From Candidatus Latescibacterota bacterium (lineage in GTDB: Bacteria; Latescibacterota; UBA2968; UBA8231), in assembly GCA_965248265.1 (NCBI GenBank), contig CBDFJF010000001.1, positions 800,001 through 864,000 of the forward strand: a DNA stretch of 64,000 nucleotides. The letters run 5' to 3'. A program made the position numbers and the translations under genes. Numbering within the stretch: the first letter of the stretch is position 1; each line of letters begins with the position of its first letter. This document shows, one piece after another, positions 1 through 9,763 of the stretch. Below the pieces are notes generated by a model, which was not told the DNA's origin, ran no database searches, and saw only the letters and a list, made by a program, of their open reading frames with translations.

Positions 1-1
1 C

Positions 2-448
2 CCCAACTTCGTGGACACTGTCGTCATCGTGATGCCCGCTGGAGATAGCGAGTACACACCGGGCCTTGTGTTGAATCGCCCCCTCGCCGAGAGCGATGAG
101 CGCTGGGAGCGAGAGGATCTCAGGGCGATCCTGGGAGGCACCCCGGCACGCGCAGGTCTCGTGTTCGATGGAGGTCCAGTAGATTCGCCGCCAGTTGTCC
201 TCCACCGTCTGGATGCCATGGGCACACTGGTCGTCGACGATCTGTACGCCGGGCCCGACCCCAAAGCTCTCAGTCGCGCTCTTCAGCAGAACACTGGCGA
301 CATCAGGATATACCTCGGGTACGTCTGTTGGGGCCCTGGGCAACTCCAGGGCGAGATGTCGAAGGGTGCCTGGCGGTTGGCGCCTTCGAACTCTGAGGTA
401 CCGTTCATGGACCCAGGCGAGATTCTTGGCAGGTTCCGCCGGGCTTAA
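2..448 (+). CDS. YqgE/AlgH (DUF179) family protein, 5'-partial
   Basis: Frame is open from the window start (PNFVDTVVIV); motifs GLVLNRP, FDGGPV, YLGYVCWGPGQLQGEM..GAW are typical of YqgE/AlgH. Confidence 0.85.
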   Translation, partial: PNFVDTVVIVMPAGDSEYTPGLVLNRPLAESDERWEREDLRAILGGTPARAGLVFDGGPVDSPPVVLHRLDAMGTLVVDDLYAGPDPKALSRALQQNTGDIRIYLGYVCWGPGQLQGEMSKGAWRLAPSNSEVPFMDPGEILGRFRRA

Positions 449-503
449 GCGGGCGTCCACAGACTGATACTGTGCACCCAGCATTCTCCGGGAGGAGAGT
501 CGA

Positions 504-840
504 TTGAGTCACCACCATACCGTCCGAGTATCTGGGCGTTCTCATCCATCAAGGCAAGGTCCTGCTGGTTCAGCAAGCCGTCGAGAGTCGGTCCTTGTAA
601 CTACCGGGTGGAAAGCTGGAGCCCGGGGAGACGCTCGCCGACGGGATGGTCCGAGAGATGCGCGAGGAGACATGTCTCGAAGTCCGAATCGTCAAGCAAC
701 TGTACGTCTGCGACAAGCCCGATGACTGCATCGTTCATGTGACATTCTAGGAGACAGACTCAATAGATGCCTTGAGGCCTCCTACCAACGAGCTCGAGAC
801 GACTCACTCCCTCGAAGCATCAATGTATCTGTATCGCTGA
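504..840 (+). pseudogene. Nudix hydrolase relic
   Basis: Frame from 532 reads LGVLIHQGKVLLVQQ..*LPGGKLEPGETLADGMVREMREETCLEV (Nudix box); in-frame stops at 598-600 and 748-750. Confidence 0.75.
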
Positions 841-1095
841 AGGCCGCATGGCTAAGATTGACCGTCGTTGACAGAATCCGATGCTCGCCAGACGGTCTCT
901 TGTAATTGTTCGACCCCTTCCTCACTCTTGAGTTGGCGAGCAAGATGACGGGCGAACCCTATCCTGATCCACCTCAGTCTGGCTTCCGACTCAGAGCTGC
1001 CTCAGCAGCTGATTTCGAATTCACTTACGATTAAATTCAAGTCGGTCTTAGGCTGCTGACGATGCAGCTCAGTTAATTGGCGTAGAAAGGTTTAT

Positions 1096-2523
1096 TTGCC
1101 TGACCGGGATAAGATGTTAGCACAGCTCACCGACGAGGCGGAGCACCTGCGGCGGGACAGTGCGGCGATGCGCCGGGAGCTGGAAATCGAAGCGGCCCTG
1201 GAGCGCGTGCGTGTCAAGGCGTTGGGGATGCAGAAGAGCGAGGATCTCGTCGAGGTGAGCGGTGTTCTCTTCGAGGAGTTTTCGCGGATGGGAATTTCCC
1301 CGGTGCGCTCGTCGATCACGATCTGGAACGAGGCCGAAGACCAATGGCAGTCCTGGGTGACGCGGACGTTTTCGACGAGGTCGGTAGTGCACGATGATTC
1401 GCTCAAAGAGATTTGCGCCAGATTTCCCGAATATGGGGAAGGGTTCGCGGCCTGGCAGCGAGGAGAGCCGCACTATGTCAGTGAGTTCAGCGGAGAGGAG
1501 CGGATCAATCACCTCCGCTCGGTAAAGGCATTCTACAGCAGATCGGATGAGTGGCTCCAAGAAACGATAGCCAAAACACCCGATTGCTTTTTCATTTATC
1601 AGATCTTCTTTTCACAAGGAAATCTCGAAATCAGTCTGAGTGATTCCATGGGGGAATCGGAGTTGCAGATCGCCAGGCGCTTCGCGGACGTGTTCGACAT
1701 TGCCTACCGGCGCTACGGAGAATTGCAGCAAGCCGAAGCGGCGCGGGTGCAGCTGGAAGAGCAGAACAAGGCGCTGGAGGAGAGCTTGCGCCTGCTGCGC
1801 GAAACGCAAAATCAGATGTTGCAGCAAGAGAAGATGGCTTCGCTGGGCGACCTAGTGGCCGGCGTGGCGCACGAATTGAACACGCCGCTGGGAGCGATCC
1901 GCAGCATGCACGACACGCTGGTGCGGACGGTCGGCAAGCTCAAGGCCGATGCGGCTGATCCCGGCCAGGCGACGATTTTCAAGGTGATCGCCGACGCCGA
2001 TGAATTGATCACCGGAGGCATCGAGCGGGTGAGTTCGATCGTCGCCAGCCTCAAGAACTTCGCACGGTTGGACGAGGCCGAGTTTCAGGTGGTCGACCTG
2101 CACGAGGGCATCGACAGCGCGTTGACCTTGCTCGGCAGCCAGTTGCAGGGTCGGATCGCGGTAGAAAAGGATTACTGCGATATCCCGCCGGTCCGCTGCG
2201 CCCCGGGCCAATTGAACCAGGTCTTCATGCACCTGCTGAAAAACGCGATACAGGCCATCGAGGGCGAGGGGCGAATCGCGATTAACACTTTCGTCGACGG
2301 AGACCAGATCTGTATCTGTTTCAGCGATACGGGCCGGGGCATGGCGCCAGAGCAGGTGGCGCGGCTATTCGATTTCGACTTCCAGGCCGGGGACGGCCGG
2401 GTGAAGATGGGATTCGGCTTGGCCTCCGATCACAAGATCCTCCAGGACCACCGGGGCGAACTGAAGGTGGCCAGCGAGATGGGTCGGGGCACGGAAATGA
2501 CGGTCGTGCTACCGGTGGACTGA
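1096..2523 (+). CDS. Cytoplasmic sensor histidine kinase (GAF-like input, coiled coil, HisKA, HATPase_c)
   Basis: H-box AHELNTPL, N-box NQVFMHLLKNAIQA, G1 DTGRG, G2 GFGL; no TM segment; no adjacent response regulator. Confidence 0.92.
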   Translation: MPDRDKMLAQLTDEAEHLRRDSAAMRRELEIEAALERVRVKALGMQKSEDLVEVSGVLFEEFSRMGISPVRSSITIWNEAEDQWQSWVTRTFSTRSVVHDDSLKEICARFPEYGEGFAAWQRGEPHYVSEFSGEERINHLRSVKAFYSRSDEWLQETIAKTPDCFFIYQIFFSQGNLEISLSDSMGESELQIARRFADVFDIAYRRYGELQQAEAARVQLEEQNKALEESLRLLRETQNQMLQQEKMASLGDLVAGVAHELNTPLGAIRSMHDTLVRTVGKLKADAADPGQATIFKVIADADELITGGIERVSSIVASLKNFARLDEAEFQVVDLHEGIDSALTLLGSQLQGRIAVEKDYCDIPPVRCAPGQLNQVFMHLLKNAIQAIEGEGRIAINTFVDGDQICICFSDTGRGMAPEQVARLFDFDFQAGDGRVKMGFGLASDHKILQDHRGELKVASEMGRGTEMTVVLPVD

Positions 2524-2610
2524 CCCGTATCCGGTTCGCATCGCATACTGCGATATTCTTCTAGCGGGTACGCAGTCCCAACCGCTGCGCGGGTTTATGA
2601 GAGCGAGTGA

Positions 2611-2639
2611 TGACCTGCGGATCCTATGTCTGATGTTCA
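2611..2639. repeat. 29-bp REP-like palindrome, degenerate copy 1
   Basis: TGACCTGCGGATCCTATGTCTGATGTTCA aligns without gaps to copies at 19637, 19971 and 60735. Confidence 0.55.
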
Positions 2640-2689
2640 CATGCGGTCAAGGAGACATTGATCGCAACTGCAGCACTGTGTTCTTATCT

Positions 2690-2875
2690 TCACCGCAGTT
2701 TCCCACCACGCCGTACGCCATACCATTCTATAATAGCTTCCGCGACTTCGTCGATAACCCTATCGGAATCGTAGTAACCCCTTTCGGCTCTTTTCCTGAT
2801 CAACCCCAAACGCTTGCTGTCTGCAGGAGTCACTCCATCATGCAAGGGAGAGATCCCCTGTTCTGGCTTTTCCAT
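2690..2875 (-). CDS. Small FlgM C-terminal-like (anti-sigma-like) protein
   Basis: 61 aa; RLGLIRKRAERGYYDSDRVIDEVAEAII resembles the FlgM sigma-binding helices. Confidence 0.5.
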   Translation of the reverse strand: MEKPEQGISPLHDGVTPADSKRLGLIRKRAERGYYDSDRVIDEVAEAIIEWYGVRRGGKLR

Positions 2876-3130
2876 CTGAAGCCTACGGTGTCTCGCTATT
2901 CCACGTCACACTGTCCTCTTCTTGTTATATCGGCAGGTGCGCTGCTGCCAGAGTACTTCTGCTACATATGATCCGTACCAGGCAGGAACAGAGGGACTGA
3001 GCAACCGGCACCGTTGTCCCTTTCGCCTCTTTTTTGCACATTTCTGTCGACTGAAGTCGGCTGTTGGATCACTTTCGAGGGACACAGGGCTGCTCACGCC
3101 CTGTGAGAAGGCACAGCCTGAGGAACTCTG

Positions 3131-3493
3131 ATGGAAGGAACGTGGTCGATCTCCCTGTGGATGCTGATTACCATCACCGTCGTGATTGCGGTGAAGGTGA
3201 TTACGGGGACCCTTCTGAACCGGAAGAGAAAGGAGCTGTCGGCCATCCGCCAGGAATTGCTGGCCGCCAGGGCGAGATTGGAGCACGCCGATCAACGCCA
3301 TCAGGCTGCCGAGAGCATCATGTCCTTCGGTGAACGACAGAAAGCCGACCTGCGCCACAGGATCGAGCTATGCACGGAAGAGCTGGAGCAACTGACAACA
3401 TCAGGCTCTGAGGGGGAAGTCAAGGAGCGCGTCGACCCGGAGGTGCCGCTTCACATGCGGACAAGAGGAGAGGATCTGTTTGGCGAGAAGTAG
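3131..3493 (+). CDS. Single-TM coiled-coil protein
   Basis: GAGGA RBS; hydrophobic N-terminal helix, basic RKRK, heptad-rich helix, acidic tail. Confidence 0.8.
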   Translation: MEGTWSISLWMLITITVVIAVKVITGTLLNRKRKELSAIRQELLAARARLEHADQRHQAAESIMSFGERQKADLRHRIELCTEELEQLTTSGSEGEVKERVDPEVPLHMRTRGEDLFGEK

Positions 3494-3559
3494 TGTCCCC
3501 TGGGCACAAGCCAGCCACATGTCAGGCTACCTGTTCGCTCTCATAGAACACTGATTACC

Positions 3560-3769
3560 GTGCTGCGCAGCAAACTACAGTCATGACTGACAATTCCTTT
3601 ACACAGCAAGCTTACCGTTCGGATAGATGCGTTCGTTGCGGGGCACGTCGACTACACCCGTGCGGACGTAATCCGGCTCGGGATCGATAATGTAATACGA
3701 CGACGGCGGGCGTCACCCTCCGACGCAGCTACGGCAAGACACTGCGAGAAGGTGTCGGTGAGGTTCTAA
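3560..3769 (+). pseudogene. Possible ribbon-helix-helix (CopG-like) relic
   Basis: GTG LRSKLQS*LTIPLHSKLTVRIDAFVAGHVDYTRADVIRLGIDNVI; TGA at 3584-3586; strand-helix-helix pattern. Confidence 0.35.
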
Positions 3770-4701
3770 CCCGGGGCGCCAAGCTCCGCGCTGTGCCGGC
3801 GGGTGGTTTCTTCGACGAAGCGCTGAAAGATCGCAAAGTTGTGTTCGGTGAAGTGGCAGTAGACGAAAAAACGTCCCTCAACGCGGATCCTGACATACTG
3901 GGCGCCGGCGATGCGGCGAAGCTCTTCGAGACTCACGGGATAGGCCATTTCCTCGTCATAGGAATTGCGACCATAGCCGGGTTGGCCGTAGTAGGGGCGG
4001 CCGTAGCTGTAGTGGCGGGGAAGGACGTTGCCGTAAACGTACGGATACGGATACCCGAGGTAATACCGGACCGGGTAGAGGTCGTAGCGATGAAACCGGC
4101 CAATCTGGGGAGTGGTAAGGTCGTTGAGGGTGACGGGATAGGGTGGGCGGAGGTAGAGATTGTAGTAGGGCCGGTAGTAGTGGCGGTAAATGGCGCTATG
4201 GCGGGGGCGGGAAGACCGCCGATAGCGATGGCGACTACCCACGTGCTGCATTCCTGCGGCATAGAGGACGGCGGCCTTATCGGCCGAGGCGACCCGGACG
4301 GGGGGACCAGTCACGGCGAGTTGACCCGATTCCGCTGAATTTTCCCCGTAACCGTAGCGGTTCTGCTTACCCGAATCGGAGCCACCCAGCGTCATGAAGG
4401 CCATCCGTTCCCCATCCACGAGCAGGACGAGAGATTCTCCCTGCTTGATTTGCAACGGGTGGCGAGCCTCGTACGCTACGTGCAGCAAGTACTGGGGCTC
4501 GCGGTCCGGAGTGAACCGCTCGGAGATGTTCAACTGCACCGATTCGGATCCCTGGTTGCCGCCCAGAAAGTTTTCGACCATGTCGAAGGCGGTGAAGCCG
4601 TCGAATTCGTCGTGGATTTCGTACACCTTGTATTTCGGTCGATGCGAACATCCGCCTGCTATGACGGCCAAGGCAAGCAGGAGAAGAGGAGTTCGGCTCA
4701 C
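3766..4701 (-). CDS. Lipoprotein with Tyr/Arg/Pro-rich internal segment
   Basis: Signal with lipobox-like IAGGC; central low-complexity Tyr-rich block. Confidence 0.75.
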   Translation of the reverse strand: MSRTPLLLLALAVIAGGCSHRPKYKVYEIHDEFDGFTAFDMVENFLGGNQGSESVQLNISERFTPDREPQYLLHVAYEARHPLQIKQGESLVLLVDGERMAFMTLGGSDSGKQNRYGYGENSAESGQLAVTGPPVRVASADKAAVLYAAGMQHVGSRHRYRRSSRPRHSAIYRHYYRPYYNLYLRPPYPVTLNDLTTPQIGRFHRYDLYPVRYYLGYPYPYVYGNVLPRHYSYGRPYYGQPGYGRNSYDEEMAYPVSLEELRRIAGAQYVRIRVEGRFFVYCHFTEHNFAIFQRFVEETTRRHSAELGAPG

Positions 4702-4794
4702 GGTCGACTTCCGAACACAGTGTCCGTCCGTTTTTTGGGGAGTAGGCGGCGGTGCTACATATCAAACGTTCCTGAGTCCGAGACGTTCCGGGTG

Positions 4795-5285
4795 CTACTT
4801 GAGCGAAGCACGGCTGACCTGACAGCCCACACACTGGCCACTGTGCGAGAGGTAGCTCGTGCCGCTGCGCACCTCGCGGACTTGTGTTTTGCCTGCTGCC
4901 GTCAATTCGATCCGGGTGCCGATGCCGTCCCTGTTGCTGCGTGTGCCGACCGTCTTCACGAATAGGTAGTTGTTGGCGTTGCCGCCGTCATTGCGGTAGA
5001 GCGTGTTCGACGGATGCTCACCTCGGAAAAACCGTCGAAGCTGGACCCGTTCGCGACGTAGAGATCTACGTCTCCGTCGTTGTCGTAGTCGAAAAAGGCC
5101 GAACCGCCGATGGAGCCCTCGACGATGTGGCGGAGCTCCTTGCCCGAAGTGCTGAGCGCGTCGACACCGACCTGTGCCGCTACGTCGACGAATTCCACCG
5201 CAATCGAATCGGTCCCAGCTTGGGCAGGTGCTGGGGACGACTGCGTCACCTGGAGGAGTAACGTGACGATCAGGAGCTGTCTCAA
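4795..5285 (-). pseudogene. CRTAC1/ASPIC-UnbV (FG-GAP) protein, internally deleted and frameshifted
   Basis: Signal + FVDVAAQVG..DYDNDGDVDLYVANG; frameshift near 5021; then NTLYRNDGGNANNYLFVKTVGTRSNRDGIGTRIE..QVREVRSGTSYLS (ASPIC-UnbV C-terminal part). Confidence 0.8.
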
Positions 5286-5462
5286 CTCACTCTCTTGCTG
5301 TGTTTGCTGCTGAGGTGCCTTTGGGCGAGGTTTCGTTGCGGGCAACCAAAGTGCCGTTGTCGAATCTAGTAGCGTAGTTAGAACGCTTCAAACTACCGCC
5401 GGCTTTGGTTTCGACTGCGGACGAGCTTTGACCTCCCAACCAATGCCCACAGGAGGAGCACC

Positions 5463-7019
5463 ATGAGAAAGCCACGGCTGATCTACTACAACGACGGCCA
5501 CCACTACCACGGCAAAAGGGTCGACCCCCCGTTGAGCCTGAGGAAGCTCTACTGGCCGGTCGACGAGGTCGTAGGCACCGGCGTGGAGATGCTGGTGCTT
5601 GGAATGGGCTATGGAGATGTCTACTTCCATCAGAGCAAGATCGGCAGGACCATCGGCGAGGCCAAAGAAGTGTGGGAGAGCTTCATCGATTGGCGGATCA
5701 TGCGCATGGTACGGGATGCCAAGGAGAAGTACGATACGGACCAGTTCCACGAGGTTGTCAAGCGAGGACGGCAACTGGGCATGCCGGTGGTAGCGGGTCT
5801 AAAAATGAACAACGGCCATGCTCCTGGAGCGAACCGCTGTGGCTGGCTCCGGTGGAACAAGGGCAAAGAGGTCTGCCTTGACGAACCGCCGCATGAGTGG
5901 TGCTACGACTACACGAACACGGATGTCATCGAGTACAAGCAAGCCCTGATCCGGGAAATGCTGGAGGACTACGAGACCGATGGGATCGAGCTCGACTTCA
6001 TGTTCACCTCCGTGTTCTTCCGGAAAGCTGAGGTGGACGAAGGCACCCTAGTGATGAACAAGTTCGTCGCCGACGTGAGGCAAATGGCAAACGAAATTGG
6101 CGCGAAGCAAGGGCGTGACATCACCGTGATGGCGCGGGTCTACCACCGGCGAGATGCCAACCTCGAGATAGGTCTCGATGTCGAGACGTGGCTCAAGGAA
6201 CGCAGCGTGGACCTCGTGGTCGGCCAAGTCAAGCCAGTATCCCTCTTAGAAACGGGTGATACACAAGGCCGCTGGATGGCCGACGCCGCCAACGCCGCTG
6301 GCGGGGCCGCCTACCTCCGGCCACCTCTGCTGGTGTACGACGAGCGCACGATCTTCGCACATCCCGACATGTACCGGGCCCTCAGGCAGGCCCTCGACTA
6401 TCAAGGCTTTGCGGGGATGTACTTGGGGTACCTACCGTGGCCCTTTAGTCATACCGAATACCAGATCCTCAGGGAGGTAGCATATCCTGAGGTGATCGCC
6501 CGCCACGACAAGCGGTACATCCTGCAGCCCCGCGAGGCGCAGGTACAAGCCCGAGCGCTGCCAGCCAAGCTCGAGGAGGGCGAGACGGCGCGTATCGACA
6601 TTCTCGTCGGCGACGACCTGGATAGCGCGCGCAACGAACACGAGATGCGCAAGCCTGTGCTGATGATACGGTTTGCCGAGTTCTGCGTGGAAGACGACAT
6701 CGAGATACGATTCAACGGGCAAGTGCTGCCCTTCGAGGACGCCGAGATCACGGACGAGCGGGCCACCCGCATACTGGCGAGGTTGCGTACACCCGGGGTG
6801 GAAGCCCCCGACACCATCGGTGGTTTCTGGTTCCGCTACAGACTCGACCTCGACCTGCTCAAGCAAGGCGACAACACCCTCGAGGTCGAAGCCAGGAGCT
6901 TCGAGAAGACCGCGGGCTTCGACCGTAAGATCAGCGGTGTCGAGATACAGACGCGCTTCAGGGACTTCGTGCGGCCTGAGGGCCTCAGCATCGAGCGCAT
7001 GCCGCCGACAGCGCAGTAG
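5463..7019 (+). CDS. Glycoside hydrolase-like TIM-barrel protein (GHL10-like) with C-terminal beta domain
   Basis: AGGAGG RBS; IYYNDG start, YDYT..V, DGIELDF motifs; no signal peptide. Confidence 0.7.
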   Translation: MRKPRLIYYNDGHHYHGKRVDPPLSLRKLYWPVDEVVGTGVEMLVLGMGYGDVYFHQSKIGRTIGEAKEVWESFIDWRIMRMVRDAKEKYDTDQFHEVVKRGRQLGMPVVAGLKMNNGHAPGANRCGWLRWNKGKEVCLDEPPHEWCYDYTNTDVIEYKQALIREMLEDYETDGIELDFMFTSVFFRKAEVDEGTLVMNKFVADVRQMANEIGAKQGRDITVMARVYHRRDANLEIGLDVETWLKERSVDLVVGQVKPVSLLETGDTQGRWMADAANAAGGAAYLRPPLLVYDERTIFAHPDMYRALRQALDYQGFAGMYLGYLPWPFSHTEYQILREVAYPEVIARHDKRYILQPREAQVQARALPAKLEEGETARIDILVGDDLDSARNEHEMRKPVLMIRFAEFCVEDDIEIRFNGQVLPFEDAEITDERATRILARLRTPGVEAPDTIGGFWFRYRLDLDLLKQGDNTLEVEARSFEKTAGFDRKISGVEIQTRFRDFVRPEGLSIERMPPTAQ

Positions 7020-7067
7020 TATTACGGGCCATGTCACCCCGCAAGTGCCCTATGGAGAGTTGCCGCT

Positions 7068-7952
7068 ATGAATGAATCACACGCCAACACGTCGCGCTCG
7101 ATCACGGAGGACACGGTGGAAATGTCCACTGACGAGAAGTACCTCTTCGACCTGCTCGGATTTGTGGTGGTGCGGGATGTCCTGAGCAGAAAACAGCTCG
7201 AGATAGCCAACGCCGCCATCGATTCCCTGGAGCTCACGCAGGGCCCGGAGCGTTTCGGTGATTCAATTGCCTTGAAGGGCGAAAACAGCTCGACGCGCCT
7301 CGGTGCAGATAAGAACCTGATGGAATTGCCAAGGCCGTTGTGCGATCCGTTCAGGGAGATGTTGGCGCACCCCAAAACCACACCCCACCTCAACACCATC
7401 CTCGGGGAAGGCTGGCGGCTGGACCACGGGCCCGGCCTGATCGCCATGGATAAGGGATGCTCCGGCGGAGGGCTGCATGGCAATTTCGACAACGCACCGT
7501 ATTTTTATCGCGAAGGCAAGATCTTCACCGGCCTCTGTGTCATCGAATACTTGCTCGCCGATGAGGGGCCTGGGGACGGCGGAGTCTGCGTGGTCCCGGG
7601 GAGCCACAAGGCCAACCTGGCGTGCCCGAAAAAGATGCGCACGTGGGAGCAGTACCAGGAATATGTGACGGAGATAAATGCTGTGGCCGGTGATGCCGTC
7701 ATTTTCAGCGAGGCGTGCACCCACGGGACACTCCCGTGGACGGCGGATCACCAGCGCCGGGCCATCCTCTATAAATACAACACCGGCCACATGGCGTGGG
7801 GCGGAGGCCTGCGTGGCTCACTTCCCGCCTACTGGGACGAGCTCACGGCACCCCAGCAGGCGGCCCTGCTGCCCCCCTCGCACCACTCCCGCCGGCCCAA
7901 GCCCAGCAACGGCTACAAAGGCCTCGCTGAGATCACGGATTCTGCGCGATGA
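7068..7952 (+). CDS. Phytanoyl-CoA dioxygenase (PhyH) family Fe/2OG enzyme
   Basis: YLFDLLGFVVVRDVL, VVPGSHKAN, AGDAVIFSEACTHGTLPW..RR. Confidence 0.88.
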   Translation: MNESHANTSRSITEDTVEMSTDEKYLFDLLGFVVVRDVLSRKQLEIANAAIDSLELTQGPERFGDSIALKGENSSTRLGADKNLMELPRPLCDPFREMLAHPKTTPHLNTILGEGWRLDHGPGLIAMDKGCSGGGLHGNFDNAPYFYREGKIFTGLCVIEYLLADEGPGDGGVCVVPGSHKANLACPKKMRTWEQYQEYVTEINAVAGDAVIFSEACTHGTLPWTADHQRRAILYKYNTGHMAWGGGLRGSLPAYWDELTAPQQAALLPPSHHSRRPKPSNGYKGLAEITDSAR

Positions 7953-7995
7953 GGTATTGGTCAATACAGCCAGGAAGAATGAGGCGTTCGCAAAG

Positions 7996-9714
7996 ATGAA
8001 GGAACAATCAAAGACAGTCGCCGTTGAGGTGGAAGACCCGAACACGCGGCGTCCCTGGGACGATTCCGACCTGGTCACTGACTGGTCGGCGTTCCCTGAG
8101 GGCTACGGCATCCTGCTCAACGAGCGCTTGATATTCCCGGAAGACCTGTGCCTGTGGCGCATGAAGATCGACACGACGCGTCAGCTCTTCATCGATGACC
8201 ATCTCATCGCCCACCAGCGTGATCTGAAGCGGGAGTTTCACAGCCCCCAGGACCACCCGGGCAATCCTGTTTTGACTCATCTACGCGGCGATGGACTCAG
8301 CAGCGCCTACGGTCTGTACGTCTGCCCGGATGAGGAGCACGGCTATCGCATGTACTACGGCGGGCCCGGCCGATTCATCTGCGTGGCGTTTTCCTCGGAC
8401 GGTGTTCACTGGGACAGACCTGATCTGGGGATCTACGATCACTCGGCCGAGCCGGATCGCTGGGCCGGAGGCCCCAACAACGTGGTGGCGCAGAAAACGC
8501 TGTGGGGGCTGCTGCACGAACCGAACGATCCGGACCCGTCCCGGCAATGGAAGCTCATCTCGACGGCAGTGGAGCCGACGATAGTCACCTGGCCCTACGC
8601 CGCGGCGCCGGTCAGCAAACGCCCCGCGTGGCGAGGCGGCCCGAAAACGCCGCCGCCCCCTGAGCCGCCCAAGCCGGTGACGGGCACGCTCCAGGACCTC
8701 TATGTCTCGCCCGATGGGTTCCGATGGACTCACGAGACTGCCATTTGCCTGCATCGGGGTCCCAGCAGCTTTCAAGCGCCTTACCAGCGCCCCACCGGCA
8801 TCAGCGACATGATGAAAATCCGGTGGGACCCGAAGTTGAACAAGTACATCGCCAACACCAAGCACACCATCGGTCCCGACTTGCGCATGTCGCCCGTGCT
8901 GGACAATAACGCTCGCGTAGTGGCCGTGTGTGAAAGTGACGACCTGATCCACTGGTCCAGCCCGCGAATCTATGCCTATCCGGACGGCGAAGACGCGAAG
9001 ATGCCCGGGATGTACGGCATCTACGAGGCGGACGGCTTCCCCTACGAGAGCATGTGGTTGAACTATTTCTCCATGTCGTGGTACCACCCCGCCAGCGAGG
9101 AAGACATCCTCGAGCACAGGCTCATGCCGACGCGGCCCTACCTCAAACGCAACCGGATTCGCCTGGCCGGCAGCCGTGACGGGCGGCACTGGTACTACCT
9201 GGGGGATCGCCGTCCGTTCATCGATATGGGCCCCGAGGGCAGTTGGAACGCCCATTATCTACGCATGGCCAATCTGGTCACCGTGGGTGGACCGCTGTTG
9301 AAGGACGATCAACTCTGGTTCTACTACTTGGGCTCAAACAGTGACGGGCCCAAAGACAGCTGGCAACAGATGACCGGCCTGGCGATTCTTCGCCGCGACG
9401 GCTTCGCCTCGCTCAACGCCGGTGACGAGTCGGGCGTCGTGATCACACGGCCGCTGGTCTTCGAGGGTGAAGGCAGGCTGTTCGTGAACGCAGATGTGGC
9501 CACGAACGGACATCTCCGCGCCTCGGTCGTGGCTGAAGACGGCAGTGCCATCGACGGCTTCGGCGAAGAGGACTGTTCGCCGATCTGCGCGGACTCGACG
9601 CGCAGCCGCGTCGGCTGGGGCAGGAACGAAACACTGGCCAGCCTGAAGGATCGGTACGTCCGGCTGACCTTTCATCTGCACCGTGCCAAGCTCTATTCGT
9701 TCTGGATCGAATGA
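7996..9714 (+). CDS. GH32/43/130-like five-bladed beta-propeller + C-terminal beta-sandwich, paralog A1
   Basis: RQLFIDD, SSDGVHW, SPDGFRW, ESDDLIHWS, SRDGRHW, LRRDGFASL, AKLYSFW; start set at ATG 7996 by alignment to paralogs. Confidence 0.8.
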   Translation: MKEQSKTVAVEVEDPNTRRPWDDSDLVTDWSAFPEGYGILLNERLIFPEDLCLWRMKIDTTRQLFIDDHLIAHQRDLKREFHSPQDHPGNPVLTHLRGDGLSSAYGLYVCPDEEHGYRMYYGGPGRFICVAFSSDGVHWDRPDLGIYDHSAEPDRWAGGPNNVVAQKTLWGLLHEPNDPDPSRQWKLISTAVEPTIVTWPYAAAPVSKRPAWRGGPKTPPPPEPPKPVTGTLQDLYVSPDGFRWTHETAICLHRGPSSFQAPYQRPTGISDMMKIRWDPKLNKYIANTKHTIGPDLRMSPVLDNNARVVAVCESDDLIHWSSPRIYAYPDGEDAKMPGMYGIYEADGFPYESMWLNYFSMSWYHPASEEDILEHRLMPTRPYLKRNRIRLAGSRDGRHWYYLGDRRPFIDMGPEGSWNAHYLRMANLVTVGGPLLKDDQLWFYYLGSNSDGPKDSWQQMTGLAILRRDGFASLNAGDESGVVITRPLVFEGEGRLFVNADVATNGHLRASVVAEDGSAIDGFGEEDCSPICADSTRSRVGWGRNETLASLKDRYVRLTFHLHRAKLYSFWIE

Positions 9715-9763
9715 GGATGATAAGACCGATTTTCGACGTACCATGGACACAGGAGACCAACCG

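Noticed and set aside
945-1034. GNAT N-terminal scrap (FRLRAASAADFEF)
   Set aside because: Too short to support as a feature
3584-3586. TGA as selenocysteine in the RHH-like frame
   Set aside because: No redox-Cys context and no evident SECIS element
7678-7995. N-terminal extension of A1 as called in the ORF track
   Set aside because: It overlaps the PhyH gene; paralog alignment supports a start near 7996
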